From the NCBI GenBank assembly GCA_032718475.1, contig JAUCBJ010001772.1, positions 1-64,000 of the forward strand: a stretch of 64,000 nt of DNA. Direction: 5' to 3'. Of this stretch, positions 50,001 through 63,000 are shown in pieces. This stretch comes from Nemertoderma westbladi (Eukaryota; Animalia; Xenacoelomorpha). Numbering within the stretch: the first letter of the stretch is position 1; the number at the start of each line of letters is the position of its first letter. Position numbers and translations under genes: made by a program. Below the pieces are notes generated by a model. That model was not told the origin of the DNA. It saw nothing but the letters and a program-made list of their open reading frames with translations, and ran no database searches.

Positions 50001-53000
50001 CTCAAGTCTGCTCACATCACCGATATTACCTCAAGCTATTACATTGGCTCCCTGTGAGATCGCGGATCCAGTTATTTTTAACAGACTACCATTGGAACTA
50101 AGAACTTGCACTGACCTTAAGAAGTTCAAATCTGATCTGAAAACCGAACTATTCACCCGTCATTACCAATAACTACTTAGGAATTATGTACCGCTGTGCA
50201 TACTTTCAAAGCGCCTTTGAACCTTCTTGGTAAAGGCGCTATATAAATATATGTTTTATTATTATATAATATTATATATAATATTAATATTATATAATAA
50301 TAAAACATATATTTATATAGCGCCTTTACCAAGAAAGTTCAAAGGCGCTTTGAAAGTATGCACAGCGGTACAAATTCCTAAGTAGTTATTGGTAATGACG
50401 GGTGAATAGTTCGGTTTTCAGATCAGATTTGAACTTCTTAAGGTCAGTGCAAGTTCTTAGTTCCAATGGTAGTCTGTTAAAAATAACTGGATTAAAAAAA
50501 TAACGGGATAAAAAATCTAGGGATTCAAAGAACAAAACGTGTTGGTTGTCTAATAGCGTACGAGTATGGTAGCTGATTTGCAATACGTCGCAAGCAGCAA
50601 GCAATACAGCAGCATATCGTATGCTGCTGTATTTGCTATGTTTATACACAACATCCTTAAAACGTCTGTAAATATAATCTTTGTCACTATTTTGATTATT
50701 CTTGGTGCCGAAAAACAAATATTCCCAACCTTTAAAGTCCAATTAAACTAAACTTGGCACATATTTCAGGAAAAATGGCATAAGTTTTCAAAAATCCCGC
50801 ATTTTCAATTTCATAGGGTTGAGCTTGAGCACGCAGTGGCAGCATGTGATGGTATTGACGGATGGGAGGCGGAAAATTGGGGATATACAAGGTATCAGGT
50901 AGTATGGTAATGGTTAGAGCGTCATACTTCCGTCCCGGAGGTCGCCAGTTCGATCCCACCTGGACGTCATTGACGACTTTGCAAAGCTGTGCCCAACAAA
51001 AGTTATAATAAAATATCAGGTATTCAAGGATACCACTATGATACTTATTTTATGTAAATTTAATAATCTTGGTAAAATCTTGGCCGACTACAGTCGGGGA
51101 GGTATAGACATTCCTCCACACAGTTTTGTAATATTACCTTGGGGGTGTATTACTTATGAACAGTATGTAACGCCCTTGTCAGCTTGTGTAAAACTGAATA
51201 TTATTTAAAGCAAAATGTTGTTCAATTTTTATCAAACATACCGGTATTATTAAATAATTGGTAAAATAATAATTAAATACTGTTTCAATTAACTTCTCAC
51301 CGATAATCATGCGTTATATAATATTTGATAATTCAGCAATCAGCCCACAATAATTTCGCAGGCTAAGTCCTTGTCATGGCCTGTTATTTAGATGGTCTTG
51401 GCAGTTACCTATAAAGCACGCTATACCCTCCAAACCTTTCTTTACTCCCCTCCCCTTCTTACTGTTCTATAAAACACAATCGGATACAGTCGTAAATAAT
51501 AACAATTATATCCCACTGAGTATTAAACAGAATTTATGTGACTCACGGCTGCACCACCAGTTGGCACTGTCGAGGGATACAACCGGTGGCCCGGGCGATG
51601 GAACGGCATTCGTTCCATAGTCTGTATATACTTGTCGCTTAGCGACAGACCCTCGTTCATACCGGTGGAGCCGGCGCGTTGTCTCGCCCCTCTGTGCACC
51701 GGTGGTGCGGGTTGGTGGGACAACAACCCCCGCGGGTTGTTGTATTTCCTATCGTAATCGGATTTGCTGACGTAAACTATACCTTTTTTAGTTGCGATTC
51801 CAAACCTGCGGAAATAACATTTTAGAATTAAATAAATAAACTGGATTTTGTTGATATTATTTTTTTTTACTTTTTATTATTTTTTTCACTTTTTATTATT
51901 TTTTTTGACTTTTCATTATTTTTTTTTACTTTTTATTGTTTTACTTTTTATAATTTTTGTACTTTTTATCATTTTTTTTTACTTTTTTTTATGATTTTTT
52001 TTTTAACTTTTTTATGATTTTTTTTTTACTTTTTATTATTTTTTTCACTTTTTATGATTTTTTTTTCACTTTTTATTATTTTTTTTACTTTTTATTATTT
52101 TTTTACTTTTTATTATTTTTTTTTCCTTTTTTTTGCTAATTATTATTTTTTGTACTTTTCATTTTTTTATTTTATTATTATTTTTTTACTGGTATTTAAT
52201 TTTAATTGATAATATGATGCCTATAGAGCGTATCTATTGGCTAACACTGCGTATCTAACCCAGAATCACTCTACCCACCTTGTGGACCCATGTAACACTA
52301 TCACTGGTTTCTCTTTCCGTTTGATATCAACGCTTTTAATCGGGTCAGAAGGTTTCCTGTAAACCGTAAAGACACGTCGCCTTGACAACGCCTCCTCGTT
52401 ACCCTGGGTTAACGAGCGTTCCTTACGTTCCGTTAACGAGCGTTCCTTCTCCGCTAAGGAACGTCGTTCCCTCTCTATCAACGAGCGTTCCTCAGCATCA
52501 GTTAACGAGCGTTTAGCTCTGGGATGAGCGACAACGGTTGTCACTTTCAATGTCGATAGGCGTTGTTCAATATCAACATCATCGTGGCTGCGATTAGTAA
52601 AGATATAAACGAACTATTAATTTACATCGTACCTTAACATACTGTAGTAAGGTAAAGGTACTTGTTACCTTGCTTTCGTCACAAGGATTCTAATATGTAA
52701 CTTAATGCCGGAGTACCCCCCCCCCCCACCCCCCCTGAACACTTTTTTTAAAGGTCTACAATTTCTACTGAACTTCAAATTTCCAGTCGCCCTCTAGCGG
52801 CAATGAATGATTCGCGGTTAAAATGCTACTAGTCATTCAATTTTATGTGAAATTGTCTGAAACCAATTTTTTCGAATTACGGATGTACTCCACAAAAGTT
52901 ATCGGTTAAAATTTTTTGTTTTGCCTTTTAATTAATTAATATTTATTAATTAATTAAAAAAAAATTAATTAATAAATTTTTGGCTTTAATCTGAAAAATT

Positions 53001-55116
53001 CGCTGTAAAAACATAAATATAAACATTTCAACAGGTAACTTTTAAAGACCATCCGAAACCCTTTCGAATGAGCCAAAAATAAAGAAATTTGGTTAAAAAA
53101 TGGCGGAGTAGTATTTTGAAAAATGTCATTCCGAGATAATTGCCTTCAAAGTTTAAACCTTCCCGGGTGGTCTGGTTGGTTAATTATGAAGGAAACACAC
53201 CACCGTGCTAAAACTTTCATTGTGGGGGTTTTCGGGGTCGTGGATTAAATTTCCGATGTCAGTTTTAAATTTTGGGGCAATCTAGTCTGTCTGTCTTACA
53301 ATTTGACTGATTATTCCGACTGATTATTTGATTGATATTCCGTTATGGAATATTGTTGCCAGCTCTGGAACCCTTACCTAGTGCGTGAGATCAATGTGCT
53401 AGAGGACATTCAACGGTACTTCACAAGAAAAACTCGCTTCCTCCGAGACAAGACATACTGGGAGAGGTTCAAAATCCTAGAAATATATTCGCTCCAACGT
53501 AGGCGAGAAAGATATATAATAATTTATATCTGGAAAATCCTAGAAGGAAAAGTGCCGAACCCATTGGATAAATACAACTACCCCCGAATTAAAGTAACAG
53601 TCAATGAACGACGAGGAAAACTGTGCCTGATCCCGAGCATTGTATCCCATGGAAGGTTAGGAACATTGTCCGACAGCAGCTTCATGGTTCAAGGACCAAA
53701 ATTATTCAACGTATTACCACGAGAGATTCGGAATCTATCTGATTGCGCTATTGAGACATTCAAGAAGAAACTAGACAATTATCTCGTGTTGGTTCCCGAT
53801 CAACCTAGATGTAGCGGTTATACAGCCCAATCATTGTACCAGTCAGACTCACTGATTTATGTGATCCCCAGCTGGAAGAACGGCGATCATTAAAATTTTA
53901 ATTTTTCAAGAAACTATTCCGTTTTAAATATTTTTAAGATTTAAAGGGGGATTTGTTTTCTTCTTTCTTTATTATATTATTTTAAATTATTCATATTTTT
54001 TAGGTGAGCTCTCCGATCAAACCATCCACGCTAATTTTAAACTTAGTGCTAAAATTTTTAAATAAATAAACGACCGTCATACAGAAAAACAGCGATAACT
54101 CGAGAACTAAGAGTTTTCGCTAGGCGGTTTTCAGATTTGAAATCCTCATTAAATTCAGCTATAGGGGGTGGGTACTCCCCCCTTAAAATGTCTGAGTTTC
54201 GATTGTCTGGATTTCAAAGATTACAAGAATTATCGTTCGCTTGACTCTTGAAGCCATTTATTATATTTAAAAATTACACAATGTTCTGGAAAATTTTGTT
54301 TATGATGTGTAGCTACACAATAGAGATATAAGCATATTATAAGATATTATAAGATATAAGACCAGTCAGTGTGGCAGTGTCCGAGTGGAAACGCCGCCTG
54401 AACTGCTTACACAATAGTGTTTGGTGGCAGAGGTTCAAATCCAACTAAAAGATGTAGAAATTTCGCACTGTTGTGTCCCTAGGCAAGACACTTTAGACAT
54501 TAGTGCCTTCGCCAACCCAGTGGTAAAATGGGAACCTGGCTTTGCTGGGGTAATAATAATAATAAAAGCGCTTTGAGTATGCTGAGCGTAGAAAAGCGCT
54601 ATATAAATAACCTATATTATTATTATTATTATATTAATAATACGTTCTAGAATGTTATGTAGGCCTATTTATTACATGGAATAATAAATTGTCCTACAGC
54701 AAACGATAATTCTTGCAATCTTTGAACGCAAATACAGTATTTCCGCTGTTTCTCAACAGCGGAGATTTTAAAAAAATTAGAGGGGTGGGGGCTCCGACCC
54801 TCTAAAAACGGTTGATGTATTTATTAAGGGAGACGTGTATACTGTACGTGACGCAACATCACTGACTCATTACTTCTCTTCTACCGAACCTTCCATCAAG
54901 ATATACTGCAACAGTATGACTTAGTAAACAAATTAGTAATCATTGTAGACAAATTAGGGGGGGGGGTGGGGTTGTCATCAGAAGTAGGCGAGTCATGGTA
55001 CCGGTATACCGTATGCGTCGTGTAGAGCAGTTGACAATACCGTAGTATTATAGAGAGAGTACGTACCTGTCGTTAGATGTATTGTAAAAACACGGTGAAC
55101 TATCAGCAGCCTCCAT
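47066..55116 (-). CDS. NHL-repeat beta-propeller protein with a low-complexity N-terminal half; exons 55067-55116, 52279-52587, 51547-51805, 47066-48097; 549 aa
   Basis: NHL-like blades HPLDVAVDSSGNMIV, FGGFGPELGKF..IIIADPGFKRVQVFSDSGEFLF and FHWPQGMCLT. The upstream exons join by GT-AG with phases 2,2,0 and no stop codons. The first exon is the least certain. Confidence 0.8.
48440..48680. mobile_element. MITE family A copy
   Basis: GTATACCAGACTT..TTCACTTTGC..ATGTGAAGAATA..AACCAAAACAATAAACGAGTTAGTAT. Confidence 0.65.
48725..49600 (-). mobile_element. Degenerate L2-clade LINE 3' fragment
   Basis: The minus strand gives LVNSLIISRLDL, LQMVLNSCARL, LHWLPI and RSFSYSAP, plus a GCGCTCTAATAATAA/(TAT)n tail. 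Confidence 0.75.
49600..50265 (+). mobile_element. L2-clade LINE 3' fragment
   Basis: LKLNDSKTDILLIG, LGVTLDSDL, LVNALIASRLD, LQVVQNACARL and LHWLPV, plus a GGCGCTATATAAAT..(TAT)n tail. Confidence 0.85.
50066..50492. repeat. ~200-bp near-perfect inverted duplication of an L2 3' end (tail-to-tail)
   Basis: ATCCAGTTATTTTTAACAGACTACC...GGCGCTATATAAATATATG is mirrored by CATATATTTATATAGCGCC...GTAGTCTGTTAAAAATAACTGGAT around an AT-rich centre at ~50280. Confidence 0.9.
50898..50970 (+). mobile_element. tRNA-like SINE head
   Basis: TGGTAATGGTTAGAGCG ... AGTTCGATCCC A/B boxes; no intact cloverleaf evident. Confidence 0.45.
51846..52190. repeat. T-rich low-complexity ~20-bp repeat
   Basis: TTTTTTTTACTTTTTATTAT-like units fill most of an intron of the NHL gene. 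Confidence 0.7.
53345..53893 (+). mobile_element. CR1-clade LINE ORF2 C-terminal fragment
   Basis: EYCCQLWNPY, LEDIQRYFTR, YWERFKILEIYSLQRRRER and GPKLFNVLP...FKKKLDNYL. Confidence 0.85.
54370..54640 (+). mobile_element. tRNA-derived SINE with a CORE-like centre and an L2-like tail
   Basis: GTGTCCGAGTGG / GGTTCAAATCC boxes; TGTGTCCCTAGGCAAGACACTTT central motif; tail AAAGCGCTATATAAAT..(TAT)n resembles the L2 tail at ~50230. Confidence 0.75.
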
Positions 55117-55734
55117 AATTATAATTGCAAGATAATTAAAAACATGACGCTCTTAATTAATCAACAACACGAAGACAAAATGTATTTGCAATTACTAGGC
55201 CTACCTACTACCGGTAAGGAAGCGGTTTTTATTGTGCCTATATACGAACAAATTAGGGCCTACATTTCCAGCCCATTTATCCGCATGTTAGTGGTCAGAT
55301 TCAGATAGTACGCCATACTACCGGTATGTACTGTTAGTCTTATAAACACAGATTGTTTGCTTTACAAATAAAAAGCTGCCGTTAACGGTACAAGTTTATT
55401 TGGCAGTTGTTTCAGTTTACAGCCACATAACTTACAACTGTAGGCCCGTACAACTGTACATGTGCACAGCTTTAGGTCAATGGGTACAAAGGTCAATGGG
55501 TACAACGAGTCTAAGGGAACAAAACGAGTCAAAGGGTACAACAGGAAAGGGTGCGATGAGACAAAGGGTACAAACCAGGCGGTCAAGTGAGTATTTATTT
55601 TATTTATTTATTATTGCGGTGAGTATTTATGCCAATTTTTCTTCAATTTTTCGTAATGGTATTGTACCTTTTGGGCGTAAAAAGTGACTATTTTTTTTAA
55701 TTGGGAGAGTTAAAATCTAGATAGATTTATTTAT

Positions 55735-56640
55735 ACATTATGTAAAAACAATAACAAATACACCAAACAATGTACCGGTATAAAGGTATTGTCCAACATA
55801 ACATATAGGATTACCCCTAAAGCTTTGCAGCTTATTTCCAAGGGGGTCCTTTATGTTACTTGGTTACAAATACAATATTACACTACGCTAACCTAAAACC
55901 AATATAAAACGTAATTACATTATGTACACGTACAACTTTACCGAGAGCGTGACAATGTGTCCGACTCTACGATAAAGATGTAATGTACAAAACAATTGAA
56001 AAGAAGTCTCGCCTCAATAATAATGTACCAGTTGCCCTTCAAATTAGGTTAATATAGTGTATAATATTGTATGCCAGCACATCGAGGTACAGTATCAACT
56101 AAAATACAAGAGTGACACGTTTCTTATAGCAGTATAAGCCTACTAATCCTTACATACACAAAACAAACTTACTATATGCTTAATGAGATTATAACACATT
56201 GTGGTTAACAAGATTTGATACGCTCTGGTTGTTTTTATGGAATGATTGGGTTAACGACATCCCCTGAAATAGATGTACAGCTCAGGTCGCTGAAATTAGC
56301 CAAGAAACAATATATAGTTGATGAACTAACAATAGCATACATACTGTACATGCGGATGTTGGCACAAGTCTTATCTCTTTGTGGAGTTACATTACCAGCT
56401 TTTGTAAATAAATATAGTAATTCAACCCAGCAACAGGTGGCACTATTGTTGTTAGTTCGTTTGCTGTGTCAGTTATTATTGTGCCTAGTTAAGTATGGGT
56501 ATGGACACACACACTTGAGAATGTTCTGCTGTTTCTATTGTACTGTATCTCATAGCATTGCACTACTAATGTACTGCACTACTACTCCCACCCATTCTCC
56601 CCTTATCGTTTTGGTAAGGCAATGACTGAATGATTATCAA
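55735..56640 (-). mobile_element. Highly degraded CR1/L2-like LINE 3' fragment
   Basis: Only scattered residual motifs (e.g. VCPYPYL) and a terminal stem-loop at ~55810-55850. Confidence 0.35.
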
Positions 56641-57199
56641 TAATTTGTGCTACCTTTCCCACATCCTTGGGGTGTATTGTAGAGGTTTAATCTGTTTACT
56701 GAATTGACATATTTGATTTTGAGACCAGACGTCGTAAAATTTTACTTTTTTTATATGCGATGTACTTTTTTATTTTTAAAATTATCAAAGATTTATACTA
56801 CTTCAGTGGGAAATTCCTGATATGCCGCTAATACTACGGCTATATTATGTTCAGTAGATAAATTTTGATCAGCGTTAATATAATGACATCCCATGTCAGT
56901 GAACTTAATTTACAATCAATACGATCAAGGACTTCCAGAGTATCGTTTTTTCTAGTGTTATACTGTAGTACTTTAGAACTGTAGTACTGTAAGAACTTTA
57001 GAACTGTAGAACTTTAGTACTGTAAGTGCTTTGATAAAGGAACAACTAATCAGATTAATCATTTTCATGCCTTAAAATAATTTACACTGGTACTGGTGTT
57101 ATTATAATAAAATTCACACATTGAAAAAAAGTTAACGTAAATAGTTTTCTTCTTCTAGGTATTACACACAGGGAAATAATTATGACGACTTATTCAGTG

Positions 57200-57740
57200 C
57201 GGCCCCCCCAGAACTTTATCCCCATGGGATACTATTCGAGCTGAAACGATAACTGATCTTGCTTCAATGTGGCTTAGCTGTTCAAATAAGGTCGGAATTT
57301 ATCAATTAAATGTGGTTCATACATAGCCTTCTAATAAGTTCCATTTCGACAACAAAAGAATGGGGCCACTTTAAATTGGTTTTCCCCGCAGTTGTGTAAG
57401 TGTTTGCTCCACCTTAAATGTCCATTACGGTCTCTGACTATTTGGTTCCTGTGGAGATTAATTCGGTGTCTGAACTCCATTGTCTGACCAATATACGTTT
57501 CGGGACAGTTCCGGAAATACATTACGTATACAAAATTGGTGCTTCTGTAGGAACATTTGGATTATATGTTATCTTTTTCTTTTTGATTCGAAGTTTAGTT
57601 AAAGACGTTTTCCGAAATTTTTTGCTTTGCTTACAATTCCGCGATTGATCAGATCAGCTGGGTATTATTTTTCTCAGGTCTTCGTTTTAGCTCTGAAAAT
57701 CAAGTTTCTCTTATCCCCTTGTCATCAACAATCATTCCAA
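57200..57740 (-). mobile_element. Penelope-like element GIY-YIG endonuclease fragment
   Basis: NCPETYIGQT..FRHRINLHRNQI...SKHLHNCGENQFKVAPF, with frameshifts. Confidence 0.7.
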
Positions 57741-57751
57741 CTTGCGGGTAA

Positions 57752-59350
57752 GGTACCAGACTTACTGTTGTTATATTTCACTTTGCAGTTTACCCCCATG
57801 TGAAGTATACCAGTCTTACTGCTGTTATATTTCACTTTGCAGTTTACCCCCATGTGAAATATACAGGTACAAGACTTTCTGCTATTACATTTCACTTTGC
57901 AGTTTAGAGTTTACCCCCATGTGAAGTATACCAGACTTACTGCTGTTATATTTCACTTTGCAGTTTACCCCCATGTGAAATATACAGGTACCAGACTTTC
58001 TGCTATTACATTTCACTTTGCAGTTTAGAGTTTACCCCCATGTGAAGTATACCAGACTTACTGCTGTTAAATTTCACTTTGCAGTTTACCCCCATGTGAA
58101 GTATACCAGACTTTCTGCCGTTATATTTCACTTTGCAGTTTACCCCCATGTGAAGTATACCAGACTTACTGCTGTTATATTTCACTTTGCAGTTTACTCC
58201 CATGTGAAGTATACCAGAATTACTGCTGTTATATTTTACTTTACAGTTTAGAGTTTACCCCCATGTGAAGTATACCAGACTTACTGCTGTTATATTTCAC
58301 TTTGCAGTTTACCCCCATGTGAAGTATACCAGACTTACTGCTGTTATATTTCACTTTGCAGTTTACCCCCATGTGAAGTATACCAGAATTACTGCTGTTA
58401 TATTTTACTTTGCAGTTTACCCCCATGTGAAGTATACCAGTCTTACTGCTGTTATATTTCACTTTGCAGTTTACCCCCATGTGAAGTATACCAGAATTAC
58501 TGCTGTTATATTTTACTTTGCAGTTTACCCCCATGTGAAGAATACCAGACTTTCTGCCGTTATATTTCACTTTGCAGTTTACCCCCATGTGAAGTATACC
58601 AGACTTTATGCTGTTATATTTCACTTTGCAGTTACCCCCATCTGAAGTATACCAGACTTTATGCTGTTATATTTCACTTTGCAGTTTACCCCCATGTGAA
58701 GTATACCAGACTTACTGCTGTTATATTTCACTTTGCAGTTTACTCCCATGTGAAGTATACCAGCATTAATGCTGTTATATTTTACTTTGCAGTTTAGAGT
58801 TTACCCCCATGTGAAGTATACCAGACTTAACTGCTGTTATATTTCACTTTGCAGTTTACCCCCATGTGAAGTATACCAGACTTACTGCTGTTATATTTCA
58901 CTTTGCTGTTTACCCCCATGTGAAGTATACCAGACTTACTGCTGTTATATTTCACTTTGCAGTTTACTCCCATGTGAAGTATACCAGAATTACTGCTGTT
59001 ATATTTTACTTTGCAGTTTAGAGTTTACCCCCATGTGAAGTATACCAGACTTAACTGCTGTTATATTTCACTTTGCAGTTTACCCCCATGTGAAGTATAC
59101 CAGACTTACTGCTGTTATATTTCACTTTGCAGTTTACCCCCATGTGAAGTATACCAGACTTAACTGCTGTTATATTTCACTTTGCAGTTTAGAGTTTACC
59201 CCCCATGTGAAGTATACCAGACTCCCTGCTGTTATATTTCACTTTGCAGTTTACCCACATGTGAAGTATACAAGACTTACTGCTGTTATATTTCACTTTG
59301 CAGTTTAGAGTTTACCCCCATGTGAAGTATACCAGACTTACTGCTGTTAT
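57752..59350. repeat. 54-bp minisatellite (~29 copies) expanded inside a family A MITE
   Basis: Unit CCCCCATGTGAAGTATACCAGACTTACTGCTGTTATATTTCACTTTGCAGTTTA, followed by the MITE body (to ~59772). Confidence 0.92.
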
Positions 59351-59397
59351 GATTCCACCTTTCCGGGTTACGGAAAGGTTAAATCTAACCAAAACAA

Positions 59398-59623
59398 GGC
59401 GGGGTTGCTCAGTTGGTTCACCATCGGGCCTTCAATACTGTTGATTGGTTGTTGGTTCTGCCCCGCCAGGGTCCAGTCGTTGAAATGACAACCAGTTACT
59501 GTAAATTTCTGGAGAAAAGCAATAGAAAGGAGTATTGAGCTAGTAGCGGGTTGTACTGTAGTAGCTATCGGAAGAGGAGCCTTTGGGTCGCATCCGGCAT
59601 CGCCCGACTGTTTGCTTTTTTTT
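59398..59623 (+). mobile_element. SINE family B insertion with a 16-bp target-site duplication, nested in MITE A
   Basis: AATCTAACCAAAACAA at 59382-59397 and 59624-59639. Head GCTCAGTTGG...GGTTCTGCCCCGCCAGGGTCC and tail GAGGAGCCTTTGGGT...CCGACTGTTTGCTT match 21522-21750. Confidence 0.85.
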
Positions 59624-60001
59624 AATCTAACCAAAACAATAAACGAATTAGTATCTGTACAGATTATAAAATAGTAATAAGCGCTATGAAACACTTAATA
59701 AGGAGAAATTAAAAAAATACAAATTCTTGATATATACAATTTCAAATTAATTTCGACCGGAAAGTGAAAATTTGCACGGGGGGGGGGGGAAGGTTGGCAA
59801 AGGCCAAATTTTTGCCCCCTTTGCCCCCTTTGCTAATACAACACCCTCCTCCCCACCTAACAAATAAATAAAATGTAATATATCAAAATTTGGATAATTT
59901 GGGTGATAATTGAAAAGTGTCGAATTTACTTTCGGTCAAGGAGTGTAGCCTAGGATAAACCATGAGGGTGAAAGTGTATAAACTTTAAAAATGACGTTGA
60001 A

Positions 60002-63000
60002 AGACACAACGGTGTGGCAGGGCTACATATGAAAGCAGATGATATGAAGGAGGAGGAGGGAGACACAACGGTGTGGCAGGGCTACATATGAAAGCAGATG
60101 ATATGAAGGAGGAGGAGGGAGACACAACGGTGTGGCAGGGCTACATATGAAAGCAGATGATATGAAGGAGGAGGAGGGAGACACAACGGTGTGGCAGGGC
60201 TACATATGAAAGCAGATGATATGAAGGAGGAGGAGGGAGACACAACGGTGTGGCAGGGCTACATATGAAAGCAGATGATATGAAGGAGGAGGAGGGAGAC
60301 ACAACGGTGTGGCAGGGCTACATATGAAAGCAGATGATATGAAGGAGGAGGAGGGAGACACAACGGTGTGGCAGGGCTACATATGAAAGCAGATGATATG
60401 AAGGAGGAGGAGGGAGACACAACGGTGTGGCAGGGCTACATATGAAAGCAGATGATATGAAGGAGGAGGAGGGAGACACAACGGTGTGGCAGGGCTACAT
60501 ATGAAAGCAGATGATATGAAGGAGGAGGAGGGAGACACAACGGTGTGGCAGGGCTACATATGAAAGCAGATGATATGAAGGAGGAGGAGGGAGACACAAC
60601 GGTGTGGCAGGGCTACATATGAAAGCAGATGATATGAAGGAGGGGGAGGGAGACACAACGGTGTGGCAGGGCTACATATGAAAGCAGATGATATGAAGGA
60701 GGAGGAGGGAGACACAACGGTGTGGCAGGGCTACATATGAAGCAGATGATATGAAGGAGGGGGAGGGAGACACAACGGTGTGGCAGGGCTACATATGAAA
60801 GCAGATGATATGAAGGAGGAGGAGGGAGACACAACGGTGTGGCAGGGCTACATATGAAAGCAGATGATATGAAGGAGGAGGAGGGAGACACAACGGTGTG
60901 GCAGGGCTACATATGAAAGCAGATGATATGAAGGAGGGGGAGGGAGACACAACGGTGTGGCAGGGCTACATATGAAAGCAGATGATATGAAGGAGGGGGA
61001 GGGAGACACAACGGTGTGGCAGGGCTACATATGAAAGCAGATGATATGAAGGAGGGGGAGGGAGACACAACGGTATGGCAGGGCTACATATGAAAGCAGA
61101 TGATATGAAGGAGGAGGAGGGAGACACAACGGTGTGGCAGGGCTACATATGAAAGCAGATGATATGAAGGAGGGGGAGGGAGACACAACGGTGTGGCAGG
61201 GCTACATATGAAAGCAGATGATATGAAGGAGGGGGAGGGAGACACAACGGTGTGGCAGGGCTACATATGAAAGCAGATGATATGAAGGAGGAGGAGGGAG
61301 ACACAACGGTGTGGCAGGGCTACATATGAAAGCAGATGATATGAAGGAGGGGGAGGGAGACACAACGGTGTGGCAGGGCTACATATGAAAGCAGATGATA
61401 TGAAGGAGGGGGAGGGAGACACAACGGTGTGGCAGGGCTACATATGAAAGCAGATGATATGAAGGAGGGGGAGGGAGACACAACGGTGTGGCAGGGCTAC
61501 ATATGAAAGCAGATGATATGAAGGAGGGGGAGGGAGACACAACGGTGTGGCAGGGCTACATATGAAAGCAGATGATATGAAGGAGGGGGAGGGAGACACA
61601 ACGGTGTGGCAGGGCTACATATGAAAGCAGATGATATGAAGGAGGAGGAGGGAGACACAACGGTGTGGCAGGGCTACATATGAAAGCAGATGATATGAAG
61701 GAGGAGGAGGGAGACACAACGGTGTGGCAGGGCTACATATGAAAGCAGATGATATGAAGGAGGGGGAGGGAGACACAACGGTGTGGCAGGGCTACATATG
61801 AAAGCAGATGATATGAAGGAGGAGGAGGGAGACACAACGGTGTGGCAGGGCTACATATGAAAGCAGATGATATGAAGGAGGAGGAGGGAGACACAACGGT
61901 GTGGCAGGGCTACATATGAAAGCAGATGATATGAAGGAGGGGGAGGGAGACACAACGGTGTGGCAGGGCTACATATGAAAGCAGATGATATGAAGGAGGA
62001 GGAGGGAGACACAACGGTGTGGCAGGGCTACATATGAAAGCAGATGATATGAAGGAGGGGGAGGGAGACACAACGGTGTGGCAGGGCTACATATGAAAGC
62101 AGATGATATGAAGGAGGAGGAGGGAGACACAACGGTGTGGCAGGGCTACATATGAAAGCAGATGATATGAAGGAGGAGGAGGGAGACACAACGGTGTGGC
62201 AGGGCTACATATGAAAGCAGATGATATGAAGGAGGGGGAGGGAGACACAACGGTGTGGCAGGGCTACATATGAAAGCAGATGATATGAAGGAGGAGGAGG
62301 GAGACACAACGGTGTGGCAGGGCTACATATGAAAGCAGATGATATGAAGGAGGGGGAGGGAGACACAACGGTGTGGCAGGGCTACATATGAAAGCAGATG
62401 ATATGAAGGAGGAGGAGGGAGACACAACGGTGTGGCAGGGCTACATATGAAAGCAGATGATATGAAGGAGGAGGAGGGAGACACAACGGTGTGGCAGGGC
62501 TACATATGAAAGCAGATGATATGAAGGAGGGGGAGGGAGACACAACGGTGTGGCAGGGCTACATATGAAAGCAGATGATATGAAGGAGGGGGAGGGAGAC
62601 ACAACGGTGTGGCAGGGCTACATATGAAAGCAGATGATATGAAGGAGGGGGAGGGAGACACAACGGTGTGGCAGGGCTACATATGAAAGCAGATGATATG
62701 AAGGAGGGGGAGGGAGACACAACGGTGTGGCAGGGCTACATATGAAAGCAGATGATATGAAGGAGGAGGAGGGAGACACAACGGTGTGGCAGGGCTACAT
62801 ATGAAAGCAGATGATATGAAGGAGGGGGAGGGAGACACAACGGTGTGGCAGGGCTACATATGAAAGCAGATGATATGAAGGAGGGGGAGGGAGACACAAC
62901 GGTGTGGCAGGGCTACATATGAAAGCAGATGATATGAAGGAGGGGGAGGGAGACACAACGGTGTGGCAGGGCTACATATGAAAGCAGATGATATGAAGGA

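Noticed and set aside
57742-59308. Repetitive ORFs (HMGVNCKVKYNSSKSGIL and others)
   Set aside because: They are translations of the 54-bp MITE-derived minisatellite.
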